A stretch of DNA of 59,816 nt from a virus: the IMG/VR virus record IMGVR_UViG_3300002140_000076, one strand, 5' to 3'. Below, in pieces: positions 24,478-35,161 of the stretch (position 1 is the first letter of the stretch; every line of letters starts with the position of its first letter). A model generated the notes under the pieces. It searched no databases. It was given only the letters and a program-made list of their open reading frames with translations, and was not told the origin of the DNA. The position numbers and the translations under genes are program-made.

Positions 24478-26415
24478 TTAATGAGGTGCCATGCTATTGC
24501 CACCGCTACTCAGATTGAATTGACGAAACTTTTGCTCCGCTATTGTTAAAGACATATCTGTAGCTAATTCATTTAAGAAACTATCTCTTGTTTCTTGAGC
24601 TGATTTGTTATCTCTATTATTTACACTATATATAATTTTTCTTCCTGATGCCGTTGTAACTTCAAAATCAGTTTTGGACCCCTCTACAGCGGCAACTGAG
24701 CCTCCAAATTTCACTGCTTGATTATTAATACTCTGTAGAACGTATTTTACCTCCTTGTCCTTGAATGCTCCATACTGAAAACTGCCTTTATACCTAGGAG
24801 TATTTACTTCTTTAATGATTTTATCTCTGTATGTCTCACCACCTTGACCCTGTTCTCTAATTGCTCGTCCTGTTTTTTTCTCATAATAAGTTTGGTTTGC
24901 ACTACCTCCAGAAGCCGCTAATGCCTGCTCAGTATTATCTACTCCGTGTATTTGGTTTCCTGATATAACAAAGTCTCTATAAGGAATAGGTTCTCCATTA
25001 GCTTTTATCATCGGCACGGACCTGCTACCCTTCGGTACACTTCCATTCCCATCAAATTTCAGAATAACATAACCAGGTTTACTTTTTATGTCTACATCAT
25101 ATATACCTTGGTTTTGTGCGGCTTGCGTTCCTAATATTTGTTGTGTTGCGGAAATTTGTTCTGATTCGTTCCCATAATAAAGTTTACCCCAAGCACCTAC
25201 TGCTGAGTATTTATCTCTCCTCTCATCACTTCGTAACGCTTGCCACTGTTGCTGTTGTGGACGCTGAGGAGGAGTTGCTCCGCTAATTGCTTGCCCTTCA
25301 ATAGCGACATTAAGCGCACCTCTAAGAACAGTGATTAAACCTTCTTTTGCCTTGTCCCTATGAGCCTTACCTATTGCACTATCGAAATTAGGAACAACAT
25401 TACCGTCAACTTGATCAACTAAAATATGATTTTCGTCTTCTTCGCTAGCATCGAAAGTAAATGTATATTCTTTACCATTAGAAGCAAAACCACCTAAATT
25501 ATTAGTCAATAAAGAACTAATATTGTATACGTTTGATAATTGGCTTTCTGCCCAAAGGTTCTCAGTATCTTCTTGCATACCAATCAACTTCGCATCTTCC
25601 TTAGTAATGTATCCTTTTTTAACCATATCTGCAATATTAGACTCGCTTCTAAATGCAGCACCACTCATAGTAGTGATTAATCCCTTCTGATATAGTGTGC
25701 CTAACTTAGCGTCAATCGCTTGGAACTGACCAAATACTTCTGCTTTGGCTTTGGTTACAGCTGATGCCATATCATAAGCATCAAATTTCCCTTTGATTCT
25801 ATTTCTAAGATTATTTATACCAACTAACTTATTTGGATCAGTCTCAATTTTACCTGTCGCAGGATCTTTAAATCCAACTAGTACATTGCCTGTCTCATTA
25901 TTTATTACAATTTCTGAATTGTTGAAATTACCAAACCCCTCTGCTGACTCCATCAAGAAAGACTCAAGTTTTTGAGCTCCTGTAATCGGCTTACCATCAG
26001 GACCAACAGCTGTGCCTGGATTAGCCTTGTATCGTTCCATCTTATCAGCATATTCATTTTGATATTCTTGGGCTAGTGTCATCGCCTGGTCAAATCCATC
26101 TGTTAAATTTTGGCGCATTGTTATGTAGTCTTTTGGCTTCAGCTGACCACTCTTTAGTAAAGAATTCGCCATTAAAAGCTGTTGTTGAGCACCATCGCCC
26201 CCCTTTAATGCCCAGGTGTTCATATTTCCAGAGTCACCTGTTACTGTGTTCTTATAAGAGTTCATCGCTTCACGAGTAGCCCTATCTATCTCAGCCTTCT
26301 TCTCCTCACGTACACGAGCCTCTTCTTTAAGAATTCCTGAGAAGTTTGACCCAACCTCTGCCCAGTTTATCTGTTCAGAAGCATCTCTGCCTACATATCC
26401 TATCTTTGTTGCCAT
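24478..26415 (-). CDS. Internal-virion protein candidate (645 aa; gp15-like position)
   Basis: Placed between the membrane-anchored repeat protein and the giant protein. No catalytic motif seen. Confidence 0.6.
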   Translation of the reverse strand: MATKIGYVGRDASEQINWAEVGSNFSGILKEEARVREEKKAEIDRATREAMNSYKNTVTGDSGNMNTWALKGGDGAQQQLLMANSLLKSGQLKPKDYITMRQNLTDGFDQAMTLAQEYQNEYADKMERYKANPGTAVGPDGKPITGAQKLESFLMESAEGFGNFNNSEIVINNETGNVLVGFKDPATGKIETDPNKLVGINNLRNRIKGKFDAYDMASAVTKAKAEVFGQFQAIDAKLGTLYQKGLITTMSGAAFRSESNIADMVKKGYITKEDAKLIGMQEDTENLWAESQLSNVYNISSLLTNNLGGFASNGKEYTFTFDASEEDENHILVDQVDGNVVPNFDSAIGKAHRDKAKEGLITVLRGALNVAIEGQAISGATPPQRPQQQQWQALRSDERRDKYSAVGAWGKLYYGNESEQISATQQILGTQAAQNQGIYDVDIKSKPGYVILKFDGNGSVPKGSRSVPMIKANGEPIPYRDFVISGNQIHGVDNTEQALAASGGSANQTYYEKKTGRAIREQGQGGETYRDKIIKEVNTPRYKGSFQYGAFKDKEVKYVLQSINNQAVKFGGSVAAVEGSKTDFEVTTASGRKIIYSVNNRDNKSAQETRDSFLNELATDMSLTIAEQKFRQFNLSSGGNSMAPH

Positions 26416-26422
26416 GTGTTAA

Positions 26423-27247
26423 CTATATTGAAAATGGGTTAGAATACAAATCAAATATTGAATTGTTTACTGCGTATGGATTCGGCATACCTGGAGTTGC
26501 TGGATTGTTTACTGCGTATGGATTCGGAGCACTTGGAGGAGCAAATACTGAATTGTTTACTGAAAATGGGTTAGAATACAAATCAAATACTGAATTGCTT
26601 GATATATATGGATTTGGCATACCTTGACCTGCTGCTTTACCTTGTTGAGGTGCTGCTTCACCTGCACCAACAACACCTGTTACTACCTTAGATTTTGATT
26701 TAGGATATAGGCTTGGCATTGCTATTGCTTGCTGAGTTGTATTTGCCACACCTTGGATACCTGCCTGCAGTGCTTGCTGAGAAGCAAATCTCGCATCAGC
26801 AGCAGCCTGTTGATTTCCTTGAATCTCCATTGTGTCAAGCCCGACATTTATATCTCTTAGTCTTGAGTCTTCTTCAAGAATTGCATTCTCAATATTAGTT
26901 AAATCATTTGATTGTCTCTCAGCTATGTTAGCCTGACCCATCTGTTGACCTGCATATATTTGACCAGCAGCAGAGGCAGCTCCTCTATCGCTCTCAGCAG
27001 CAGCCTGAGTAATCATAGCTCCTTGAGCAAGTAGAGCCATTCTCTCTGCATTGTACGGCTCTTTCTTGATTGACATCTGCTCCGCATAGTTTACCTGCAA
27101 AGCTTTTCTAGCCTCGGCTAGTGCCTTATCCGCTTCATTCTGGAATTCGAGCTGTTTATTTTTCTCTTTATTTGCCTGAGCAAACGATACAGCAGTTGTC
27201 CCTGCCTGTATAACTAAACCTGCAATGCCTGCTATTAATCCTGCCAT
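26423..27247 (-). CDS. Internal-virion protein candidate (274 aa) with an N-terminal hydrophobic helix, a Q/A-rich middle and a C-terminal N/P-rich repeat array
   Basis: N-terminus MAGLIAGIAGLVIQAGTTAVSFA. The C-terminus has repeated NPYAVNN and S(V/I)FDLYSNPFS(V/I) units, mirrored by DNA repeats at 26430-26597. Confidence 0.65.
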   Translation of the reverse strand: MAGLIAGIAGLVIQAGTTAVSFAQANKEKNKQLEFQNEADKALAEARKALQVNYAEQMSIKKEPYNAERMALLAQGAMITQAAAESDRGAASAAGQIYAGQQMGQANIAERQSNDLTNIENAILEEDSRLRDINVGLDTMEIQGNQQAAADARFASQQALQAGIQGVANTTQQAIAMPSLYPKSKSKVVTGVVGAGEAAPQQGKAAGQGMPNPYISSNSVFDLYSNPFSVNNSVFAPPSAPNPYAVNNPATPGMPNPYAVNNSIFDLYSNPFSI

Positions 27248-27759
27248 TGTAATTTTTTATTTAAAATGATGTGTTCAGGAAGGTCGAGATAGTCTTCAGT
27301 ATAAACCTCTTTCTCCGCCTCTTCAACTGTTTCTTTATCTGTTTTATATACGCAAACCCATACGCAATCTTCATGCATATAGGCAACTCTTTGTGTTCCA
27401 ATTTCAGTCATAACCTTCATTGGAGCTTTTATTCTTTTAATTTCTCCATTATCAGCTAATATAGACATCTCTCCTGACATAAAAAATGACGGATGATTTG
27501 TCTTATGTATGAAGCTAACAACTAACGATCCCTTTGGCATAAGTATTTCTCTTGTATATAAACCATCCTGAATATGATGCTCCAGAGGAAACACCTCAGC
27601 CATCTCATCAGTATTGTGATTTATTGCTCCATCTATATTTTTAATGGTATCTTTAAAATCAGAAATAGCTTCCCAAAGTATACCTCTGTCTACTGATATA
27701 AACTTTAGTAAGTCTTCAGGATTCTCTTTTTTCTTTCTGAACAAGTTAAATACTCCCAT
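27235..27759 (-). CDS. Hypothetical virion-module protein (174 aa)
   Basis: Tiled in the structural operon and preceded by a TATCTTTG box. Confidence 0.6.
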   Translation of the reverse strand: MGVFNLFRKKKENPEDLLKFISVDRGILWEAISDFKDTIKNIDGAINHNTDEMAEVFPLEHHIQDGLYTREILMPKGSLVVSFIHKTNHPSFFMSGEMSILADNGEIKRIKAPMKVMTEIGTQRVAYMHEDCVWVCVYKTDKETVEEAEKEVYTEDYLDLPEHIILNKKLQWQD

Positions 27760-27767
27760 ACGTATCG

Positions 27768-27775
27768 CAAAGATA
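27768..27775 (-). promoter_or_regulatory. -7 promoter box TATCTTTG (CAAAGATA on the plus strand)
   Basis: Matches TAnnTTTG, 8 nt upstream of the ATG at 27759. Confidence 0.4.
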
Positions 27776-27781
27776 AGAAAT

Positions 27782-28609
27782 TTAAGGAAACGATTTCATA
27801 ACTTCTGACTCAACTGTGAACAATTCTGTCTTATTTGTGTTTGAGTTTGTGATATCAAACACACAATAGTGTCCTAACACACCATGCGACTCAGCTACTG
27901 AGTTCTTAATGTATAAGAAGTACGCATCATTAATAGGGATTGGTATAGTTGTTGGAGCTGGTGTTACCACTGGAATAAATGTATTCCCATCAGTGTTTAT
28001 AACTATCTCGTTTATACCTGCCCTAAGATTTATGTTGACTGCTGTAATTTGACCAGCTAGTGACGGTGTGCCGTAGTTTGGTGGCAATGAAAAGTACATC
28101 ATATCGCCAATACTTATAATGTTTCCTATGCTGATATTTGTAGAAAATGATATAGTTGCTGTGTTTACACCAAATGTAACTGTCGCACTCTTACCAATAC
28201 CATTCAATGATCGCAATGCGTACTCAGATGTTTGAGATGGGACTGTTCCAGTATTACGAACAAAACCATACCATGACTGCTCCTTTTTCTCAAACCACGA
28301 TGCATCTATAAATCCTGAGTCTTGAATATCAGTAATTAAATTAGCTTGCCAAGAATTATCACCCTCAAGGTTTATTGTTTTAAATAACTTGTTCTCTAAT
28401 GGCAAGTCATTAAATACGCTTTTCAGTGTTGAGTTGTACTGAATCCCATAGAAGTTATTTCTTATGTTGTTTACGTTGTGTCTATATAAATTACCACCCT
28501 TAAAAGTATAGAAGTAGTTATTCATACCTATCATCCAATCAGGAGTATACGAGTAGAAAGATGGGAATCCCTGCGCCCATTCCGAATATGTCAATGTGTA
28601 ATCTGCCAT
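27782..28609 (-). CDS. Hypothetical structural protein (275 aa)
   Basis: Tiled in the structural operon. Confidence 0.6.
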   Translation of the reverse strand: MADYTLTYSEWAQGFPSFYSYTPDWMIGMNNYFYTFKGGNLYRHNVNNIRNNFYGIQYNSTLKSVFNDLPLENKLFKTINLEGDNSWQANLITDIQDSGFIDASWFEKKEQSWYGFVRNTGTVPSQTSEYALRSLNGIGKSATVTFGVNTATISFSTNISIGNIISIGDMMYFSLPPNYGTPSLAGQITAVNINLRAGINEIVINTDGNTFIPVVTPAPTTIPIPINDAYFLYIKNSVAESHGVLGHYCVFDITNSNTNKTELFTVESEVMKSFP

Positions 28610-28619
28610 TTTATTTTAT

Positions 28620-29561
28620 TTATGGACATGTTAATAATTGTGATACAACTCCATTCCCAACTTCAATAATATAGTTTTGGCTAGGATGCTGAACGAGATA
28701 ATACCCATCCGCTAAAACATATTCGCCATTAGGATCTGAAAATACCCAATCAAAAAGCCCAGGAACCCCGTATACTTCTGGACTGCTAACTGGGACATTA
28801 TAAGCTGTATATAGTATCGGATTATTGCAGAAATTCTGATCAGGAGGCGAACTATAAACGGCAGAAATCCCAAATCCAGTTAAAGATATAGGGCATGATA
28901 CTTCTAATTGAAATTCACTTGTTAAATCACATAGACTTGCAATTTCAAACATTAACATATCTGGAGAAGTTGTTATTTTTGGTACTACCATTCTACCTGC
29001 TACATAGTTTACCGTTGATACATCACTAGCAGCAACTGATATTGATTGAGTCGCTCCTGTTGTGAAGAAAGATAACCCATCATAATAAAATGATGGGACA
29101 GATGGGAATGTTACTCCAGTTATCGAACAGGAAGGGGTAAATGGAGATACAAATGTAAAATTAGCAGGAGATGATGATGCGTGGTATCCAGCCATAGGTT
29201 CACTTAACTCATTGTATGTAACATTGTTATATATTGCTCTCACACCTAAAGGTTGATTCCCAAAAGACACACCTCCAACAGTAGACTTGAAGGTTATAAC
29301 AACAGCCCCAATGCTGGTGGAATTTATGTCTGTACTAATTGAGTACACTCCTTCCGCTGTATCATTTGCTATTAATATTTGGTCGCAATCTAAGTGGCAT
29401 GCTGCACATTCCTCTGCAGGAGATAATACACAGCCAATCTGCTGCCTTGATATAACACCATCGGAATAATATCCATCAGGTGCACACGATGTAAGATTTA
29501 CATTTGTATATACAGCTGCTGAGTTCGCTAATGTATTTCCGTCTAAATAATAAGTTGCCAT
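28620..29561 (-). CDS. Hypothetical Cys-rich structural protein (313 aa)
   Basis: Both termini carry an A(P)DGYY...G...C module (N-terminal CAPDGYYSDGVISRQQIGC, C-terminal LADGYYLVQHP...LLTCP). Confidence 0.6.
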   Translation of the reverse strand: MATYYLDGNTLANSAAVYTNVNLTSCAPDGYYSDGVISRQQIGCVLSPAEECAACHLDCDQILIANDTAEGVYSISTDINSTSIGAVVITFKSTVGGVSFGNQPLGVRAIYNNVTYNELSEPMAGYHASSSPANFTFVSPFTPSCSITGVTFPSVPSFYYDGLSFFTTGATQSISVAASDVSTVNYVAGRMVVPKITTSPDMLMFEIASLCDLTSEFQLEVSCPISLTGFGISAVYSSPPDQNFCNNPILYTAYNVPVSSPEVYGVPGLFDWVFSDPNGEYVLADGYYLVQHPSQNYIIEVGNGVVSQLLTCP

Positions 29562-29580
29562 TTATTTTATTTTTAATTAA

Positions 29581-32500
29581 TTAAGATGGGCAGTCAAATG
29601 TGCTAGTTGATTGAATTGTTGCATCTACAACTGCATATGAAATTGATATAGATGAAATTGTTCCATATTTGTCAACTCCCGTTCCGCCTCCTGCTCCTAT
29701 TTTATATTTAACTACATCACCTACGCTAAACGATGATGTAAGCAATGCAATCTGCTCTACGGCTGTTGTGCAATCTATAATTTTATAAGTTGGAGGGCTA
29801 GGTTCTGGTCCACCCTCACATATACAGCATACATCATGAGCTGAATCATCATCAAAACATAAATTTATTTGAGTTTTTTCTCTGTAATCCCATATTAAAT
29901 ACAAATATGAACCAACCGATGGCATTATAAAATCAGCATAATAAGCTGTATTCCCACTTGTTGGAGGGATTATTGGAGTTAAATTATTAGAAGCTAAAAT
30001 TAATGAGTTAATATCTGTAGCATTATTCGCATACAAAGTATTTGTTCTTAAGTATTTAAACTTATCTTGAGATTGATCAAAGTTAAAATTATCTGATCCA
30101 TATGTATTATTTAGCATTGTGACTGTGGCTCCATTTATAGGTATCACCCCACCACCTTGTGGTCCAGTTACTAAGTTGTATTGAGCTACTACTGGAGATG
30201 TGCCTGCTGGAAATATTATTGTATCGCTATGAATTGGAGATATAAATGTTCCAGAAGTCCATCTATATTGATTCGTGGTTTGTAATCCTTGCTCACTATT
30301 ACTAGTCAGTGTGACAAGTATAATTGTTATATCATCAGCATCAGGACAGTTTACAGTATAAGACATGGCTACGCTTCCAGTTGTAGATATTGTCAACTCA
30401 GCCAAAGAAACATTTACTAAGTTTTTCAATATAGTTAACGTGCCACTTGTAGTAACGGGTCCAGTTGTATATGTTATTCCGTTATATGTTACTGTTATAG
30501 TAGCTGTTCCAGTTAATAATGTTATATTGTAATCTATATCTACATTCCCAACTAAGTTGCCTAAATCAATAGATTGATTAAATACAGCAGCTTCACTTTC
30601 TATATCTATGACGGTAGTTATACCACAATCAGTAGCTATGCTATCTTGAGGAATTGGCGTATCATTTGAAGATAATACATACTCATTCATGTATGGGTCA
30701 AATCCGCCAATCTTTTGCGTATTGAACGATTCATTAAACAAGTCTCTGAACCAAGTTCTCATTCCTTGATTTGATATTGGGGTCAACTGATCATTAGAAT
30801 ATGAAGAGCCTTTTAACTGTATTACAGCCCCACGTTTTGCATCTGTAAAGTATTTATCTGCTCCCCATTGGACAAAGCTTTCAGGGTTATGTGATATTCC
30901 GTATTCTTCAATTCTAGCCACTTGCTGACCAAGTATCTCTGGCACAGCCATAAGCGTACTTTGTACGCCTGGGCTTTGAAGTATTGTTTTTCCTTGAAGC
31001 ACATAAGATATTTTATCCTCTTGTAAAGCAAGGATATCAGTCTCTCTGGCAAACATCTTATTTATAGGACCAAATGATTGGTCAAGTGATTTATAATTAA
31101 GTAAGCCAAGGTTAAACTCATTGAGCCTATTTATATTTGACTCTTCATTGTATATACCACTATATGTTATGTCGTAATATCTTCTTGTTCTTCTATAGTC
31201 AAGATCTGTTGTAGCATAAACTCTATTACCTAATGATAATGCCTTGCCTATAATTGAGTCTTGTATTTTATAACTTTCTACTCCATTTCCAAAAGCATAG
31301 CAGTTAAAAAAATCAGTATTAATAATGGCTGGCGTGTTTGTAGCTATATCCTGGTCTTGCTTATTACCCATATGCTCACCATCGCTATTTATATCAAATA
31401 CCTCAGATGATTCGTACCAAATATTTGGAGCTGCATCTAATGGTTTTGTCTCAAATACAACGCTTGCTCCTGCTCTAATTATAACAATTTGAACTGAGTT
31501 GTATGTAACCTTTTTTCCTTTTGTGTACCCAAGTATACCATTCATAACCAACTGATACGGACTAAAAAAATGGAAAAAAACATCTAATGAGTTGCAAATA
31601 CCAACAGTTGGATTTACTATAGGGTCATAGTACGCTACTGGAGCAGGACCACTAGTCGAAGACGATGTTGAATTGCTGCCATTTAATGTTAATGCAACAT
31701 TATCTCCATCCCACCATTCTTTAAAACTATTGTAATCTTGAGATGCTGTTAGTGTGTTTTCGTATTCATAATGTTTACCAGCAACATTATACTTCCCTTC
31801 CCTATCACTTTTAAAATTGAGGTATATTGATGACCCAGCTGGAATTGGGATGGGGATAATTACGCCTGGGTTATTCGGGTCTACAGTAGATACTGGATAG
31901 GATACATTAGCACAAGGTGCGTTGGTAGTATTGTTTTTCTTTATTCCGTATGTTATATAATTTGGTATGCCCCCAGTATTGTTAATATCTGTACTAAAAT
32001 TATTTGATTGAATCTTAATATACACTCCAGTTGGAACGGGAATTGGATTTCCATATTGATCTTGTGGAGCTGGATCTAAAAAGTCAGCAGCGTATGCTTG
32101 TTTATCAAGAACAGATGTATACGTACAAGTATTTAAAGCTCCAGTAGTATCAACTTTTACAATAAGCTCATCGCCCACTTCAACCTTCTGAGAGTTCTGT
32201 CCTTCAAGAAGGAAATAGTCAGCTCCAGTTATTGAGTCTCTAACAAAAAAATTAGAGTATATTACTTCATATAACTCTTTATCAGGCTTTACCACAAATT
32301 TATACCTCTTAGCCCAATATGGTGCTTCTTGAATGGCTGGAATTGTTACCTGTATTCTATTTTGATATTCTGATGCTGAGCATGGTACGTGTATAGCGTT
32401 ATACTTGCTTACTAACGGAGTTGATGATCTATTAAATTCATCCATATACACCATTCCAACCTCATAACCTCTATTGCTGTGAAGGCTGGTTGGGTTTCCG

Positions 32501-34230
32501 TTCTCTGAATATATCGCTTGAGCATCCTCCATTTTGTAGTATGCGTATACGTTCTTCGTAATTGTTGTGAATAATGGATCGTCAACATATCGAATTGCTG
32601 GAATCTGAAGAGAAATTGTATCACTACCAGGGCTAGAAAATATCTGAATTGGCTGCCCAGCTGCTGATATTCCACTTTCATACTTATAAACCGTTGGACC
32701 TCCTCCTGCGAGGGTTTGTTCTATTAAGCAGTTAAATATATCTGTAAAAGTAGTACCAGAGCAAGAATTTGCAACAGTTTGTATCGTCCCTGGAGGGTTA
32801 GGTAAAGCTGTCCCAATCTTTTCAACAAAGTCAGGATCTATTGATAAATCATAAACGCTATTAAAGTCTTGCTGCAGAATATATGAAAAATTTATAGTTG
32901 TTGGCTGTTGCTTATCTATTGGAGATGGAAGGTCACCGTTGTACTGAGCCCAAGTATATCTTATTTCAAATGAAATAATTCCACCAGACACAAGGCTTTG
33001 ATTTGCTACTGAGAAATCAAAGTTTACTTTAGAACTGGGTACTGAAACCGACCCATTAATTGAATAATTTGCACTAGAAAAAGAATGACTTATTTCTACT
33101 TCTCCAACTTCAGCTGACAATAACTCTGCACTATACTCTAATCTTGTTGAGGCTCCATACTGATCAATTAAATCATATCCATCTACGTAGTTTCCGTACA
33201 TCATTCTGTTTCCCATAACAGTTTGAGACTTAGATAATAATGGGACATTGTCGTATAGTCTTAGTATTTCCGACTCACTAAGTATTGTAAATATTTTACT
33301 ATTTTCAAACTGAAAACTATAATTAGTATTATTAGATAAACCATCCTTTAATTTGTTTACCTTATCAATTACTCTAATTATAGGGGAGTCCATCTCTTTA
33401 AATAGTAAATCAATAGACTTCACTAATGGTCCTCCTGAGTTATAAGTTACAGAAGCCATATTGGAAATGCCTTTCATTCCATCATTTAAAGCTGTTGCTG
33501 AATTATAAGAGAAATAATTTGGTATAAATGCTGGCTTACTCCACTGAGATGTTGCTGAGTATTCTCCATCTGCGTACTTGTATCTATACGCAAAACAAAT
33601 AAACCTATCCTCAAGATAATTATCTTGACTAGAGGTAGCCATTGGCGTAACACCTGGAGCAGCCACTGGTGGTTTTTTAATAACAAGTATTGACTCGTAA
33701 GAAAACTGATCTACTCCAGCTATTGGGTTGGCGTAGTTATTATTTATATTTATCTGTCTTGGAGGATTATAGTCATCTGTCCAATACAATAAATTTTCAA
33801 CTTTATCAACACCAGTTATCAGATACTTATCACTAAAGTTTAAGGTGCTACTTGTGGATGTTCCATCTTGTAGACTTATTAAGTGATATATAAGAACAAA
33901 TGTATTTACATTGTATGATACAACTAAATCTATTTTTCCAGTAGGAGATGGTGCAAAGTTTTCATCATGGACAAACCAATAGATTGTCTCATTCGTGCCG
34001 TCATCAAATGCCCCTATACATTTAGCTGAAGAGCTTAATGGAGTTCCGTTATATTCAAGTTGGGTAAGCCCCGTATTACCCTTAGCGTTTTCTATAACGC
34101 CTTGTTCGGATTCTTCGGTTGAACCCATCCTAACATTCAAGGCATCGATATATTCCCCATTTGGAACAAGGCGTTCATCAACACTCTTGTTCATTTTGCC
34201 TAACGAAAAACTTCTAGTTAAATTTGCCAT
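29581..34230 (-). CDS. Very large structural protein (1549 aa), a tail nozzle / tubular-protein-B-position candidate
   Basis: 4.6-kb ORF immediately downstream of the adaptor-position genes in a T7-like order. The function is inferred from position only. Confidence 0.6.
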   Translation of the reverse strand: MANLTRSFSLGKMNKSVDERLVPNGEYIDALNVRMGSTEESEQGVIENAKGNTGLTQLEYNGTPLSSSAKCIGAFDDGTNETIYWFVHDENFAPSPTGKIDLVVSYNVNTFVLIYHLISLQDGTSTSSTLNFSDKYLITGVDKVENLLYWTDDYNPPRQININNNYANPIAGVDQFSYESILVIKKPPVAAPGVTPMATSSQDNYLEDRFICFAYRYKYADGEYSATSQWSKPAFIPNYFSYNSATALNDGMKGISNMASVTYNSGGPLVKSIDLLFKEMDSPIIRVIDKVNKLKDGLSNNTNYSFQFENSKIFTILSESEILRLYDNVPLLSKSQTVMGNRMMYGNYVDGYDLIDQYGASTRLEYSAELLSAEVGEVEISHSFSSANYSINGSVSVPSSKVNFDFSVANQSLVSGGIISFEIRYTWAQYNGDLPSPIDKQQPTTINFSYILQQDFNSVYDLSIDPDFVEKIGTALPNPPGTIQTVANSCSGTTFTDIFNCLIEQTLAGGGPTVYKYESGISAAGQPIQIFSSPGSDTISLQIPAIRYVDDPLFTTITKNVYAYYKMEDAQAIYSENGNPTSLHSNRGYEVGMVYMDEFNRSSTPLVSKYNAIHVPCSASEYQNRIQVTIPAIQEAPYWAKRYKFVVKPDKELYEVIYSNFFVRDSITGADYFLLEGQNSQKVEVGDELIVKVDTTGALNTCTYTSVLDKQAYAADFLDPAPQDQYGNPIPVPTGVYIKIQSNNFSTDINNTGGIPNYITYGIKKNNTTNAPCANVSYPVSTVDPNNPGVIIPIPIPAGSSIYLNFKSDREGKYNVAGKHYEYENTLTASQDYNSFKEWWDGDNVALTLNGSNSTSSSTSGPAPVAYYDPIVNPTVGICNSLDVFFHFFSPYQLVMNGILGYTKGKKVTYNSVQIVIIRAGASVVFETKPLDAAPNIWYESSEVFDINSDGEHMGNKQDQDIATNTPAIINTDFFNCYAFGNGVESYKIQDSIIGKALSLGNRVYATTDLDYRRTRRYYDITYSGIYNEESNINRLNEFNLGLLNYKSLDQSFGPINKMFARETDILALQEDKISYVLQGKTILQSPGVQSTLMAVPEILGQQVARIEEYGISHNPESFVQWGADKYFTDAKRGAVIQLKGSSYSNDQLTPISNQGMRTWFRDLFNESFNTQKIGGFDPYMNEYVLSSNDTPIPQDSIATDCGITTVIDIESEAAVFNQSIDLGNLVGNVDIDYNITLLTGTATITVTYNGITYTTGPVTTSGTLTILKNLVNVSLAELTISTTGSVAMSYTVNCPDADDITIILVTLTSNSEQGLQTTNQYRWTSGTFISPIHSDTIIFPAGTSPVVAQYNLVTGPQGGGVIPINGATVTMLNNTYGSDNFNFDQSQDKFKYLRTNTLYANNATDINSLILASNNLTPIIPPTSGNTAYYADFIMPSVGSYLYLIWDYREKTQINLCFDDDSAHDVCCICEGGPEPSPPTYKIIDCTTAVEQIALLTSSFSVGDVVKYKIGAGGGTGVDKYGTISSISISYAVVDATIQSTSTFDCPS

Positions 34231-34231
34231 A

Positions 34232-35155
34232 TTATTTTAGCCACTTATTTTGACCCCTCATATTCATTAATAATCTTCCTGGGTGGATATTACTAATTCT
34301 TATTTTAGCATTTCTTAACAATGCGGTCTTTCTTTTTCTAACTCTATTTATAACATACTCTTGAACATTAAGTTTAGAGCTTAATAAAGCGTACTCAATA
34401 GCAGCATATATATAATCTTCAAACATTTTATTTACAGTAACTATGCTATCGTCACCATTCTCCATCCCGTCTGATACATACTCAAGAACAACTAACTCAC
34501 CTTGTATTCCTGAGCTGAAGTTAATTACACCGCCTTTTTTATTGATGCTAAATGTAGGATTAGCATTAGCTGTCTCAGTGTTTAATCCGAAACTTCCACC
34601 AATACTTTTAGAGAAATACCAAACCCCGTTATCATTATACCCAGACATACCGTTATACGGTGATAAGCTGTTTAAATATATAGTTGGCTGTATAGTAAAT
34701 ATTCTGTCGTAATCTAATTGCGAGAACTGAGGAGACAATGCGTTTCCATCTTGGTCAAATAATATCTTGCCAGTGTTATCTTGCAAGTATGCCGATGACC
34801 AGTTTGTTTGTATGTTCTCACTTAACGGATAAAGTATGCCTTGTTTTTCAATAGAGATTCTAACCCAATTTACATAGTCTGACGGCAAGATAAATCTCAA
34901 CTGATCATCAACACTAAGCTCTAGTATTTTAATTTCTTTAAATGCATCATAGTTCAATTCTTGTATTGCTCTCTTTGCATGGAATAGTATCTTAAATCTT
35001 TCCTCATTGTTCACCAAGCTATGGTTTCCAGAGTACATCAACATAAAGTTATTTACTACATCATATAGAGATACATACTGAAATGAACCCCAATTAGCAT
35101 CTTCAGGCTGAAGACCCCCATTCTCATAATACTGATACTGCGATATATAACTCAT
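34232..35155 (-). CDS. Structural protein (307 aa), an adaptor / tubular-protein-A-position candidate
   Basis: Only 1 nt from the next gene. Inferred from position. Confidence 0.5.
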   Translation of the reverse strand: MSYISQYQYYENGGLQPEDANWGSFQYVSLYDVVNNFMLMYSGNHSLVNNEERFKILFHAKRAIQELNYDAFKEIKILELSVDDQLRFILPSDYVNWVRISIEKQGILYPLSENIQTNWSSAYLQDNTGKILFDQDGNALSPQFSQLDYDRIFTIQPTIYLNSLSPYNGMSGYNDNGVWYFSKSIGGSFGLNTETANANPTFSINKKGGVINFSSGIQGELVVLEYVSDGMENGDDSIVTVNKMFEDYIYAAIEYALLSSKLNVQEYVINRVRKRKTALLRNAKIRISNIHPGRLLMNMRGQNKWLK

Positions 35156-35161
35156 AAACTA

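Noticed and set aside
26346-26627. Plus-strand ORF with striking internal repeats (ENGLEYKSN...TAYGFG...)
   Set aside because: It is the antisense shadow of the repeat array at the 3' end of the minus-strand gene 26423..27247. The repeats are real, but the coding strand is minus.
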